Below, in pieces: positions 8,684 to 18,292 of a stretch of 61,959 bases of DNA. A program made the position numbers and the translations under genes. This stretch comes from a virus. Its lineage: Duplodnaviria; Caudoviricetes. Each line of letters starts with the position of its first letter. The first letter of the stretch is position 1. The stretch covers positions 1 to 61,959 of the IMG/VR virus record IMGVR_UViG_3300026274_000003; one strand, 5' to 3'. The notes below the pieces were generated by a model. The model was not told the origin of the DNA. It saw only the letters and a program-made list of their open reading frames with translations, and made no database searches.

Positions 8684-9379
8684 ATGTCACAAATTAAAAA
8701 GCACTTCGGCAAGATCAAGTCAACTGACCGCCGTTGCGTGGTAGTTTTCATGCAATTGCCAGATGCACTCGATAAGGCATTGATCATCGACGTGGAAGCA
8801 TTGCCACCACGTTTTGAACAGATTATCTCAGAAATTCTGAATGCACCAGCAGGTCAGAACGAAAAGAATCTGGCTGATTACATGAATACCCGCCAAGTGC
8901 CAGAAACAGGTCGTTCAGTATTGAACGAATTCCATGCGAATGGTTTCCTGCGTGTCGAGCCAATCACCAACGTCATCATGTTACCAAACCCAAGCCAGCC
9001 AATCCCATTGGTTGACATTCTGAAGTCTATGGGTACACTCCCCGATTCAGTAGAAATGGATGCGGTCAAGGAAGCAGACAAGTTCAACATTATCGTGAAC
9101 AACTTGAATGCATCTAAGAGCGAAGAGCGCATGCAAATGGCATCAAACATGCTATATGAAGCTGAACTGTTGGAAGCTGAAGCCGCAAAGAAGCGCGAAC
9201 AAGCTTACCAGTATGTACCAGCAATGCGTCCCCCAAAGAAGACAAATGCAATGGCAGCACCGACAGTTGCAGTAGCAACTACGGCTGATGAAGCTGTGGC
9301 TGAGACCAAGAAGTCAGGTCGTGGTGGTGATCGTCGTTCTTCGACAAAGTCAGAGAAGCAACCCAAGGCTGCTGAATAA
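8684..9379 (+). CDS. Conserved jumbo-phage hypothetical protein
   Basis: ATG 8684 after AAGGA; IKKHFGKIKSTDRRCVVVF. Confidence 0.75.
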   Translation: MSQIKKHFGKIKSTDRRCVVVFMQLPDALDKALIIDVEALPPRFEQIISEILNAPAGQNEKNLADYMNTRQVPETGRSVLNEFHANGFLRVEPITNVIMLPNPSQPIPLVDILKSMGTLPDSVEMDAVKEADKFNIIVNNLNASKSEERMQMASNMLYEAELLEAEAAKKREQAYQYVPAMRPPKKTNAMAAPTVAVATTADEAVAETKKSGRGGDRRSSTKSEKQPKAAE

Positions 9380-9380
9380 T

Positions 9381-9668
9381 ATGCAGGCTAAAGTCCTAGC
9401 GATTGTTGAACGCATAGTGGCTGAACGAGATCGCCAGAAAACTTTGCCAGGTTCAGAATGGGATAGCAAGAATTCAGTCAATGACTGGATTGCTATCGCC
9501 AGTCACTATTTGACCCAGCAAGCAAAGCGTAAAAGCTCTTCTCGTTTCACACGAGGGATTTCGCTCACACAAGAAGATTTTGAAGATGATCTGATAAAGG
9601 CTGCTGCTGTTATTCTAGCCGCCCTTGAATTTTCAGATACTTTGAAGTCCAATGGTGAATTGTCGTAA
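9381..9668 (+). CDS. MazG-like all-alpha NTP pyrophosphatase-fold protein (divergent)
   Basis: VAERDRQ...DWIAI...EDDLIKAAAVILAALE; usual EExGE motif absent. Confidence 0.5.
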   Translation: MQAKVLAIVERIVAERDRQKTLPGSEWDSKNSVNDWIAIASHYLTQQAKRKSSSRFTRGISLTQEDFEDDLIKAAAVILAALEFSDTLKSNGELS

Positions 9669-9678
9669 TTGACAAGAC

Positions 9679-9706
9679 AAAAGCCCCGGCAAGTTCGGGG
9701 CTTTTT
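9679..9706 (+). terminator. Intrinsic terminator
   Basis: aaaagccccg-gcaagtt-cggggcttttt; same arms as 181-209. Confidence 0.85.
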
Positions 9707-9727
9707 GCCAACTGGAATAAGAGAAAT

Positions 9728-9946
9728 ATGAAAGACCTTCCAGCTCCCACCAGGGAACAAATAAGATCATATTTTGAAGGCACAAAACATATGTCTGAAG
9801 AATATGTAGCACAATTGATTACCACATGCCATACGGTATTGGTAGAGATGCGCAAGGAACAAATTGTGCGTGAACAAAATCCACAAGTCCAGGCGTTATA
9901 CGAACAGTATCGCCGGGCAATTAATTCGGTAGATAATAATGGGTAA
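9728..9946 (+). CDS. Small hypothetical protein
   Basis: REQNPQVQALYEQY motif. Confidence 0.65.
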   Translation: MKDLPAPTREQIRSYFEGTKHMSEEYVAQLITTCHTVLVEMRKEQIVREQNPQVQALYEQYRRAINSVDNNG

Positions 9947-9986
9947 CCGTCAAGTAAATACGAATGGACACTTTGCGGAGAGCAAT

Positions 9987-10250
9987 ATGAGCAAGCCCGA
10001 CATTCTCGATGAAATTATTAGCCAACTTGATACAGAAGAAATTCCTGCCGAATTCATTCTGTTGGCAAAAGTACGTACCGTACTTGGTGAAGAACTTATC
10101 ATTAACGGTTCCGATTTAGAATCAATGATGACCAATAAACCAGATCAAATCGCGGATGTGCGAGTGATCTTAGACGTCAAAAAGATTCGACAAGCTATCG
10201 TTAAAACAACTAACGCGATCTTGTTGGCAGCTAGAATCGATAAAGCGTAA
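9987..10250 (+). CDS. Hypothetical protein
   Basis: ATG 9987 after GGAG; TAAATA at 9955-9960. Confidence 0.7.
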   Translation: MSKPDILDEIISQLDTEEIPAEFILLAKVRTVLGEELIINGSDLESMMTNKPDQIADVRVILDVKKIRQAIVKTTNAILLAARIDKA

Positions 10251-10269
10251 ATTTTTACACCTTCGCAAT

Positions 10270-10319
10270 TAGACAAGTCCTCGACTTTGCCATATACTTT
10301 GGCAAACAATCGAGGACTT
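10270..10319 (+). promoter_or_regulatory. Sigma70-like promoter inside a long inverted repeat covering the SD
   Basis: TAGACA-N17-TATACT; arms aagtcctcga/tcgaggactt and tttgcca/tggcaaa. Confidence 0.7.
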
Positions 10320-10324
10320 TCTTC

Positions 10325-10615
10325 ATGCAAGACACTCAAGAACGAATGATCGAGAAACAAGCTCGAATTATTTCTGATCTCAACAGATCAATATTAGATC
10401 TCAAAAAACAAGCTAACAAGCTAATGGAACGACTCAAGAAGTGTGAGTCACAAGCAGCAATGTATAACCTCATTGAGGAACTTGTTGCAAAACACCCAAA
10501 TCTATCTGACAACTGGTCCGACTTCCTCATGATGCTAAAAATGGTCGAAGGGGGAGTGGAAGAGCAATTCAAACAACTGATGGTGCCAGATTATCGTCCA
10601 TACAACGTAGAATGA
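10325..10615 (+). CDS. Coiled-coil paralog family A, member 1
   Basis: C-terminal LSDNWSDFLMMLKM. Confidence 0.75.
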   Translation: MQDTQERMIEKQARIISDLNRSILDLKKQANKLMERLKKCESQAAMYNLIEELVAKHPNLSDNWSDFLMMLKMVEGGVEEQFKQLMVPDYRPYNVE

Positions 10616-11016
10616 CTAGCCAAGTATCCACTGAAGTTAATGTTGGCTTAGCTTTGTTCCATAAGATGGTTGATGCTCAGATGGAAGCTGCGCAATGGAA
10701 AGCGAAATACGAAGAACTCGCCAATCAAACGCTTGATTCAAAACTAGAGCTAGCACAACAGCAAGCGGCTGGGTGGTGGACCAAATACGTGGATGCGAGA
10801 GATCTGAATATCCGCCATAGTAAAAACCACGAAGAATTAGTCGCTCGAATCAACGATCTGTCGAAATTCAAAAGCCTATATACCTGCTGGACTACGCTAT
10901 GTGATGATCCACGATTTACTGACAGTTTGTCAGATTTGATGTTGATTATGAAACTATCAGAACCGGACTTATTCGCTGAATATGAACTCCATGCAAAGAG
11001 ATGCAAAAATGAATGA
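10612..11016 (+). CDS. Paralog family A, member 2
   Basis: FTDSLSDLMLIMKL; ATGA overlap. Confidence 0.75.
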   Translation: MTSQVSTEVNVGLALFHKMVDAQMEAAQWKAKYEELANQTLDSKLELAQQQAAGWWTKYVDARDLNIRHSKNHEELVARINDLSKFKSLYTCWTTLCDDPRFTDSLSDLMLIMKLSEPDLFAEYELHAKRCKNE

Positions 11017-11299
11017 TCAACATACTATTGATACCCTGACTAACATGCTGAACGCGACGAAAGAACAGTTCGCCCAAGCAGATGCTGCATACCATATGCA
11101 GAAACAAGCAAATTCACAACTGCAACGCGACTTGAACGTACGAGTATTAGAAGCAGAACTCTATCGTGTTCTTATTCAAGCAATTGAAGAAAATGAAAAT
11201 CTGCAAGATGCCTGGACCGATCTAATGATGATGTTCAAGCTTACTGTGCCAGGTGCAGAAGATAAATTCAATGCCGTTTTGAGAACATTCCCACGATGA
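11009..11299 (+). CDS. Paralog family A, member 3
   Basis: LQDAWTDLMMMFKL. Confidence 0.75.
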   Translation: MNDQHTIDTLTNMLNATKEQFAQADAAYHMQKQANSQLQRDLNVRVLEAELYRVLIQAIEENENLQDAWTDLMMMFKLTVPGAEDKFNAVLRTFPR

Positions 11300-11631
11300 C
11301 TGTACCCGAGAAAATAAAGCTTTCGGCTGATGAAATTGAGCACTACAACCAAAGTGTTAAAAAGTTCAACGATTTTCACGAGCACGAATTGGAGATCGCC
11401 AAACGTGACAACGAGATTAGCAATCTGAACTATACGGTAAAGAGATTACAGAACAATCTAGATAAGTTCGTGGAATACGACATCAAGGGTAGGATGCTCG
11501 AATTGATCGAAAAGAAGTGCGAAGAGTATGACGGTATTAGAGATCAGTGGACAGATTTGCTGATGACCCTCAAACTTATCTATCCTGACATCGAAGCAGA
11601 ATTCAAACAAATAATACAACAAACATCATGA
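11296..11631 (+). CDS. Paralog family A, member 4
   Basis: IRDQWTDLLMTLKL. Confidence 0.75.
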   Translation: MTVPEKIKLSADEIEHYNQSVKKFNDFHEHELEIAKRDNEISNLNYTVKRLQNNLDKFVEYDIKGRMLELIEKKCEEYDGIRDQWTDLLMTLKLIYPDIEAEFKQIIQQTS

Positions 11632-12149
11632 TCGTTTCACTTATAGTTGCCATTGCTGAAAATGGCTGTATTGGTAATAACAATGAATTGCCGTGGCCAC
11701 GCATCAGCGAAGATATGAAATGGTTCAAGACTCATACTGAAGATAAAATTGTCCTCATGGGTTCCAACACATGGCATAGTCTTCCAAAGAAACCACTAGT
11801 CAATCGACTAAATGTGGTCATGACTAAGCAAACTCCTCGTGATTTCCTGGAAAGCGATCTGTCCATTGAGCCCCATTATTTTGTAAATGGTGATCCTCAA
11901 GCAATCGTTGACCAGCTTGTGGTGCGTTATCCGCACCACCAAGAGCTTATGGTTATTGGAGGAGCGCAGGTATACAATCAGTTTGCCAAGCTGGCAGACA
12001 GGCTCTACGTCACTCGTATAGGTAAAGCCTTTGAGGGTGATTGCTTCCTAGAAATAAACACTACCGACTTTGAAGAACCATTCTTTTCGCATGAATCGAA
12101 GGGAGATGACTTCACCGTCACATATGAAATAAGAGACAGAAAAGTATGA
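11628..12149 (+). CDS. folA: Dihydrofolate reductase
   Basis: IVAIAENGCIG, LPW, EDMKWFK, MGSNTW, PLVNRLNVV, VIGGAQVY. Confidence 0.96.
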   Translation: MIVSLIVAIAENGCIGNNNELPWPRISEDMKWFKTHTEDKIVLMGSNTWHSLPKKPLVNRLNVVMTKQTPRDFLESDLSIEPHYFVNGDPQAIVDQLVVRYPHHQELMVIGGAQVYNQFAKLADRLYVTRIGKAFEGDCFLEINTTDFEEPFFSHESKGDDFTVTYEIRDRKV

Positions 12150-13189
12150 CACATCAAGAACAACAATATCTAGACCTACTACAAAAGATCCTTGATAACG
12201 GGGACGAACGTATGGACCGTACTGGTACGGGCACACTCAGTTTGTTTGGCGAGCAAATGCGTTTTGATCTATCACAGGGGTTTCCAGCAGTTACTACCAA
12301 GAAACTAGCCTGGAAAGCCTGTGTTTCAGAATTACTTTGGTTTATTGAAGGTAGCGGAGATGAGACGCGATTGAAGGAAATCCTTCACGGTGATCGCAAT
12401 AGTGAAAAGGCAACCATTTGGACTGGTAATGCTGAAGCTCCATATTGGAAACCCAAAGCAAAGTTTGAAGGTGACTTAGGACGCATTTATGGTGTAGGCT
12501 GGCGTAGCTGGCGGTCGGCTGTACAATATGTGGGGATACATGATAGCGAACTAGTCTATACGATTAAAGAGACTGACCAGTTACAACAATTGATTGATGG
12601 AATTAAGAATGATCCATTCGGACGGCGACATATTCTAACTGCATGGAATCCAGGCGAACTTGATCAGATGGCATTACCACCATGCCATATGTTTGCACAA
12701 TTCTATGTGTCGAAATGTTCGGTAAATGAACGTTTGCGCATTGCATTAAATAGTGGTCTTACCTATACAATCTCAAACAGTTTCAATATGGATGAGAATA
12801 AGGAAATAGTACATCAAGCATTTGATCAAATGGCTAAAACCTACGCCATTAGTATTCCACGTTATAAGTTGTCATGCCAGATGTACCAACGTTCTGCTGA
12901 TATGTTCCTTGGTGTACCATTTAACATTGCTAGCTATTCACTCTTCACTCATATGATTGCACAAGTTTGTGACTTGGCTGTTGGTGATTTCGTACATACG
13001 TTGGGTGATGCGCATGTATATTCAAATCACGTTGAACAAACGAAAGAACAAATTAGTCGTACTCCCTTGGCATTACCAACATTGTGGTTGAATCCTGAAA
13101 TCAAGGATATCACACAGTTTACGATGAACGATGTCCGCTTGGATGGTTATCAGCACCATTCGCCTATCAAAGCTGCCATGGCTGTTTAA
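12146..13189 (+). CDS. thyA: Thymidylate synthase
   Basis: DRTGTGT, RRHILTAWNP, ALPPCH, YQRSADMFLGVPFNIASY, GDAHVY. Confidence 0.98.
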   Translation: MTHQEQQYLDLLQKILDNGDERMDRTGTGTLSLFGEQMRFDLSQGFPAVTTKKLAWKACVSELLWFIEGSGDETRLKEILHGDRNSEKATIWTGNAEAPYWKPKAKFEGDLGRIYGVGWRSWRSAVQYVGIHDSELVYTIKETDQLQQLIDGIKNDPFGRRHILTAWNPGELDQMALPPCHMFAQFYVSKCSVNERLRIALNSGLTYTISNSFNMDENKEIVHQAFDQMAKTYAISIPRYKLSCQMYQRSADMFLGVPFNIASYSLFTHMIAQVCDLAVGDFVHTLGDAHVYSNHVEQTKEQISRTPLALPTLWLNPEIKDITQFTMNDVRLDGYQHHSPIKAAMAV

Positions 13190-13203
13190 GCCAGCTGAAG
13201 AAA

Positions 13204-13235
13204 TAACGAAGGCGCCTTAAAAGGCGCCTTCGTTA
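13204..13235. terminator. Bidirectional terminator between convergent genes
   Basis: taacgaaggcgcctt-aa-aaggcgccttcgtta. Confidence 0.8.
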
Positions 13236-13249
13236 CGATTGGAAAAGCA

Positions 13250-13855
13250 TTAGCTAATAGAGATCACATTACTGGGGAAAGTAGCGGTACCACCATTTGC
13301 AAGAGCAATCATTGTCTGCTTGCACGCTGATACGTATTGTGCTGTTGCTTTGGCAAATGCCATAAACACAGCAGTACTTGGAAACGTATGAACGGCACCG
13401 GTAATGTCAGCCCAATCAATAGTTTCAGCATCAGTGGTGAATTCTTGAAACGTAGATATAAACTGAGCTTCAGAACTAATATTGGCTTGATCATCAGGAC
13501 TCACACCATATGTACCGTTTAATGCCGCTGTTGATGCACTCGTTACCACTACTCCATTAGAAATAGCGGCCGCATATTGTTGATCAAGTGTTAATGGTGG
13601 CGCCATATAAGCAGCAATGTCACCATACTTACCAGCGATCAAATCAGCAAAAAGCTGTTGACCATGAACTTCAACATCGTCAGCTCTGGCATTAAATGGA
13701 ATACCAGTACTTGGTATGGCTGGATTATTAGGAAAGGTCACAATACAGTGAATTTCAGTGTCATCAGCACTAGTGTAAGTTGCATTAGTAACCGTACCAA
13801 TATCGTATATAGTGGTCGTGGGTGTTGGAATTATAGGGGTGGTAGTATCAGTCAT
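13250..13855 (-). CDS. Tail fibre assembly protein (DUF4376-like C-terminus)
   Basis: IPFNARADDVEVHGQQLFADLIAGKYGDIAAY typical of fibre assembly proteins; directly follows fibre gene. Confidence 0.7.
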   Translation of the reverse strand: MTDTTTPIIPTPTTTIYDIGTVTNATYTSADDTEIHCIVTFPNNPAIPSTGIPFNARADDVEVHGQQLFADLIAGKYGDIAAYMAPPLTLDQQYAAAISNGVVVTSASTAALNGTYGVSPDDQANISSEAQFISTFQEFTTDAETIDWADITGAVHTFPSTAVFMAFAKATAQYVSACKQTMIALANGGTATFPSNVISIS

Positions 13856-13864
13856 AATTATTCC

Positions 13865-15496
13865 TTAAGATATACGGCACAATAGCCAGTCAATACCATC
13901 AGTTCCGGTTGCATTTACTGACATAGCCATCCATGTTCCTGCTACGCCTGGAATTGCTACAACTTGTCCTCTACTCAAAGAATGCGACCAAATTGTATAA
14001 GAACCAACACCGGCAAGTGTCATTGGTTGATACCAGCCAGATGTGTATATCTGACCCTGGTACGAACTATCAACATACAAATTTAATGCTGGGGATGACC
14101 AAACAACCTGAACAGTATGCCCACCTACTACAGTAGGATAATTATCACTAGGCTGTTTAGATGCGACTGCGGTATTGAGTGACCCGATCTCAGAGTTGAT
14201 TGTACCAATTTCAGAGTTGATAGTGCCAATTTGTGAATTGAGTGAATTAACGTTTGCATCGAGTTCTGCCTCAAATACAAATGTACCTAGATTGGTGGCA
14301 TCTACAGTTGCCGCTAAGCCACTACCGTTCCAACCAATGTAAACTTTGTTTGCTGCTTGGCCAGTTCCACCACCCTGCTGAACTGGGGTATATCCCAATC
14401 TAACCGAATTGACACCGTTAGTTACCGCTGTTGTTACAAACGCGGTAGTTGCCGCTTTAGTTGACGCGTCACCAACTGCGGGTGTTGGCGCTGTTGGTGT
14501 ACCACTAAAGGCTGGGCTTACTAATGGTGCATAAACTGAAGCGGCAGTAGTGCTTAACAAGTACGGCGATAGTGAATTTTGTACGTAGGCAGTATTTGCC
14601 AATTTCAAGCTATTATCACCAGCAGTCGGAGTAGGAGTTACTGTTCTTGACTGATTAATAGTCATCCATTGATTTACACCGTTGGATACAAAGGTGACTT
14701 GCTCACCAGCATAGATGGTGTAAGATGTACCGTATGTTTGTCCGGCAATACCTGCACCTGCAAGAATATCATCACCATTTTGACATACGATAGTTGCAGT
14801 TCCAGCCAATAAAAAGGTGAAGATCAAGAATTCACCAGAAGGGGATCGTGCAGATTGTGGCAATGTTACAGTAATGCCAGTAGTAATGATATTACAGACC
14901 GTACCTAAACTTGTACCAGTCAACGTTGTGCTGGTGTTGATAAAGGTGGAGCCGTATTGATAGCTGGTGTACGGTGACGCATATATCAGTCCCGTACCAA
15001 AGCTGTTTACCGTCAATACTTGACCGGCAGTTCCTATATTGGTTATACCAGTACCACCAGCCGCAATTGGGACTGGTGTTGCATTAACTGGTGGAGTATA
15101 CAGACCAGCAATCGTTACATAGTTATTCAACTGTAGCTTAGTTGCTGAACTGGTGGCTAATGCACTTAATGCTGAATTTGTACTAGCCAATTCACCAACG
15201 GTTGCATAGTTGGAAAGATCTGATTCAAAAGATACAGGACTCCAAGTACCGGCAGACGTGTACACCTGTAGGTAAAGTGTCGTACTGTTAAACCAAAGCT
15301 GACCAATAATAGGCTGAATGGGTGGTGTTGGTCCTGCAAAGTTCTGCAAGAGATTGATATCGTTTTGGGCGACAGCTTGACCATAATTGGTAACGCCACG
15401 TCCAATCAGATTAATGGCCAATTGTGCGGTATTGATCAGATCGTCAGGCACCTCAAAGGTCCCGTTCACCGCCGTGGAAACCACATAATTTGTCAT
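13865..15496 (-). CDS. Tail fibre protein
   Basis: N-terminal L-G-R-G...YGQ...N...LLQNFA...P-P-GQLWF adaptor; SPAFSGTPTAPTP..GD.ST..ATTAFV fibre repeats; heptad segment. Confidence 0.85.
   Translation of the reverse strand: MTNYVVSTAVNGTFEVPDDLINTAQLAINLIGRGVTNYGQAVAQNDINLLQNFAGPTPPIQPIIGQLWFNSTTLYLQVYTSAGTWSPVSFESDLSNYATVGELASTNSALSALATSSATKLQLNNYVTIAGLYTPPVNATPVPIAAGGTGITNIGTAGQVLTVNSFGTGLIYASPYTSYQYGSTFINTSTTLTGTSLGTVCNIITTGITVTLPQSARSPSGEFLIFTFLLAGTATIVCQNGDDILAGAGIAGQTYGTSYTIYAGEQVTFVSNGVNQWMTINQSRTVTPTPTAGDNSLKLANTAYVQNSLSPYLLSTTAASVYAPLVSPAFSGTPTAPTPAVGDASTKAATTAFVTTAVTNGVNSVRLGYTPVQQGGGTGQAANKVYIGWNGSGLAATVDATNLGTFVFEAELDANVNSLNSQIGTINSEIGTINSEIGSLNTAVASKQPSDNYPTVVGGHTVQVVWSSPALNLYVDSSYQGQIYTSGWYQPMTLAGVGSYTIWSHSLSRGQVVAIPGVAGTWMAMSVNATGTDGIDWLLCRIS
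14190..14231. repeat. 21-bp tandem duplication encoding IGTINSE heptads
   Basis: tcagagttgattgtaccaatt / tcagagttgatagtgccaatt. Confidence 0.8.
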
Positions 15497-15519
15497 CTGT
15501 TACTCCGGTGTAGTATAAT
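15490..15519 (+). promoter_or_regulatory. Possible sigma70 promoter of + strand sugar operon
   Basis: TTGTCA-N18-TATAAT. Confidence 0.45.
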
Positions 15520-15527
15520 TTATTCTG

Positions 15528-15535
15528 TATTTATA
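15528..15535 (-). promoter_or_regulatory. T4-type late promoter
   Basis: TATAAATA on minus strand upstream of fibre gene. Confidence 0.7.
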
Positions 15536-15573
15536 TAAGCTTAAATCACGTGCTCGAGCACAGGAAACAAACA

Positions 15574-16662
15574 ATGAAGCATTACTACCGTATTGGTACT
15601 GAACAGTATCAAAATGCCATTGAGGCATGGAGCAGATTCCGTTCCCTTGAAGCATCTAATCAACATCCAGATTTTGAATTGGTCCTCGATAGTGGTAGGC
15701 TGGCAGCATATGACTGGACAATTCCAGCCACCAAGGATTTGCGAACGCTTGAAGAAGAATTTGCCACACGTATTCGCCAACAAAACAAATACGTCCGTCT
15801 GATGTACAGCGGTGGTTCAGACAGCCATTCGGTTGCTGATGCCTTTCTTCGCAGTGGTAATACAATTGATGAATTCGTTATGTATTCATGGGAATCAATG
15901 AATGACGGATGTCTTGATTCCATATTTCAAGTGAATATGAAATTGACTTGGCTAAAAGAAATGCATATTAAATATAATATGCCATTGGCAAAGATGACCG
16001 TAGTTCAAGTTGGTCAACAATTACATAACGAGTTCTTCGAAAAGAATTGGTTCTTGAAACACCCAGGCCATAGTGGTACTGAAAGCTTCAACGTGAATCA
16101 GATGGCAGTTATGAGTAAATATGCTCCACTACCAGTCAATGTTGACAACTACATTAATGTTTGGGGAATGGAAAAACCTCGTCTTTTTACCGACGATAAG
16201 GAAATCTACTTCCAGATGAATGACAAGAATACGATGTATTCTGAAGATCCATCTACAAACAATATCTGGTTCTACATGGCAGCCGAAGCTCCAGAGCTGA
16301 TTCGAGCACAGTGCGAAGGTGCTTTGGCTGTTGCTCGCGGTATTTTCCCCAACTTGACCTTGTCACAAGCCTTACACAAGCTACAAACGGTTCGTGATTT
16401 CTACCATGAATGGTGTACCAGTGTTGGACGTGTTACAACTAAATTCCAAAACTCATTCATCTTCTTGAGTAAGAATGTGGGACAGTCATTGACCAACAAT
16501 AGTCGTTACCATCACGTTGATCACTACGCTAGTACGCGCAACGAAACCTGGAAGCATTACGAAGAATATGTTAATACGGTCAAGGACTTGAGTAACGGCA
16601 CTAACATATTGCATGGCGTTAACACACAACGATTTATATTAGAAAGACTATGTTCACAATAA
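15574..16662 (+). CDS. PP-loop (adenine nucleotide alpha hydrolase) family enzyme
   Basis: LMYSGGSDS PP-loop; GMEKP. Confidence 0.75.
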   Translation: MKHYYRIGTEQYQNAIEAWSRFRSLEASNQHPDFELVLDSGRLAAYDWTIPATKDLRTLEEEFATRIRQQNKYVRLMYSGGSDSHSVADAFLRSGNTIDEFVMYSWESMNDGCLDSIFQVNMKLTWLKEMHIKYNMPLAKMTVVQVGQQLHNEFFEKNWFLKHPGHSGTESFNVNQMAVMSKYAPLPVNVDNYINVWGMEKPRLFTDDKEIYFQMNDKNTMYSEDPSTNNIWFYMAAEAPELIRAQCEGALAVARGIFPNLTLSQALHKLQTVRDFYHEWCTSVGRVTTKFQNSFIFLSKNVGQSLTNNSRYHHVDHYASTRNETWKHYEEYVNTVKDLSNGTNILHGVNTQRFILERLCSQ

Positions 16663-17330
16663 TTGGTAATATCGCAAACTTACCTTCAGTCGAAGACTTG
16701 AAGGCATACCATATCGGCGAGACAGATAAGAATGATCTGTCAAAGGTGACAGACTTCGTACAACTACGTTACTCATGTCAAAACAAAGCAATTGAAGTTA
16801 TGGCTGAACACACTGGGGTTGACACTTCCAATCTCAAGAACGTCAACGCTCCAGGATTCCAACGTGTTGAGATTCCACAAACGGCAATTGATCGTTTGGC
16901 TGACATCTTGCATGTTCGTAAGCCTATGGCTAGAATGCAAGTTCTTGAACCAGGCAACATGATGACTATGCATTGTGATGATTTGGCCGTTGGCTATATG
17001 CGTCCCATTGAGCAGTCATTGATCGGTAAGGTGGAATTTACCGAAGAAGAGCTTGCAATGTTTGACGCCGACAACTATTATGCTACCCGTTTCCTAATCA
17101 TGATGGAAGATTGGCAATGGGGTCAAGGCATGATGTTCAATGATAAGACATTTACCCATTGGAAATCAGGTGATGTGCTTTATTGGGATTGGACAAATGT
17201 TGCACACTCAACATTCAATTCTGGCTACATTCCTCGTGGATTGCTTCGTCTTACTGGTCTACGCACTGACTCTACTACTGAGATGATCAATCAAGGATTG
17301 AATGGCAATCCGTTCTCAGCGCAATTCTAA
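16650..17330 (+). CDS. 2OG-Fe(II) oxygenase-like protein
   Basis: PGNMMTMHCD (HxD), WQWGQ, WKSGD, AHSTFNSG..R. Confidence 0.75.
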   Translation: MFTIIGNIANLPSVEDLKAYHIGETDKNDLSKVTDFVQLRYSCQNKAIEVMAEHTGVDTSNLKNVNAPGFQRVEIPQTAIDRLADILHVRKPMARMQVLEPGNMMTMHCDDLAVGYMRPIEQSLIGKVEFTEEELAMFDADNYYATRFLIMMEDWQWGQGMMFNDKTFTHWKSGDVLYWDWTNVAHSTFNSGYIPRGLLRLTGLRTDSTTEMINQGLNGNPFSAQF

Positions 17331-17332
17331 TA

Positions 17333-18292
17333 ATGAATATTCTCGTCACTGGTAGTTCTGGATTTATTGGACACAACATCGTAAAGATGCTTGATGGGTA
17401 TAACGTCATTGGATTTGACAATCATGAAGTCTATCCGTCGGTGGATTGGAGAATATTAAAAATGCTAATAAATGAACGATTAGCAATAACTTCCCAATCC
17501 GAAAAGTTTAAGGAACATCGTGCAGATGTCACGCGTGGTTTTCCTCATCTGGGTGGTTTAAATTACGATGTGATCATTCACACCGCAAGCTTTCCCAATC
17601 AACATGAAGTGTCGTTGCATCCGTTCAACGCAACCAATACTATGATATTGGGTTTGATGGGAGCATTGACGCTAGCGCAACATTGTAAAAAGTTTGTGTT
17701 CATCAGTTCAAGCATGGTATATGGCGATTATCCCAATTTCGCAACTGAAAGCCATCCAACTAACCCCAATACGCTTTACGGTGTTTTAAAGGATAGTGGG
17801 GAAAAGATTGTTCGGAACTTTACCACCACATATGGCATTCCACACACGATCATTCGACCAAGTGCAGTCTATGGTGAACGCGACGTATCAAGTCGATTAG
17901 TGGGTAAATTTATCACCACCGCAATTGAAGGTGGAACTCTACATGTTAACGGCCCTGACGAGATACTTGATTTCACTTACGTGGAAGATGTAGCTCAAGG
18001 TATAGTGCAAGCCGCATTCAGTGACAATACCAATAATAAAACCTACAATCTCACACGATCTGATGCCAAATGTCGTACAATACTGGAAGCGGGTGAATTA
18101 GCAATTGCATTGGCTGGCAAAGGAACACTTTCAATTCAAGGTAGAGATACTGCATTCCCAAAACGCGGTAACCTATCAATTGAACAAGCTCGCAATGACT
18201 TTGGCTATAACCCAACAACTAATATAGAAGACGGGTTCCAAAGATACTATGAGTGGCTACATTCCTTTCTCAAACGTCAAGCTTCAGTATGA
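17333..18292 (+). CDS. NAD-dependent nucleotide-sugar epimerase/dehydratase (SDR)
   Basis: ILVTGSSGFIG, SSSMVYG, YGVLK, DFTYVEDVA. Confidence 0.93.
   Translation: MNILVTGSSGFIGHNIVKMLDGYNVIGFDNHEVYPSVDWRILKMLINERLAITSQSEKFKEHRADVTRGFPHLGGLNYDVIIHTASFPNQHEVSLHPFNATNTMILGLMGALTLAQHCKKFVFISSSMVYGDYPNFATESHPTNPNTLYGVLKDSGEKIVRNFTTTYGIPHTIIRPSAVYGERDVSSRLVGKFITTAIEGGTLHVNGPDEILDFTYVEDVAQGIVQAAFSDNTNNKTYNLTRSDAKCRTILEAGELAIALAGKGTLSIQGRDTAFPKRGNLSIEQARNDFGYNPTTNIEDGFQRYYEWLHSFLKRQASV

Noticed and set aside
12146-13189. dCMP/dUMP hydroxymethylase feeding DNA glycosylation, or intron/intein in thyA
   Set aside because: Canonical PFNIASY with dUMP-specifying Asn, adjacent DHFR, uninterrupted frame, no splice motifs
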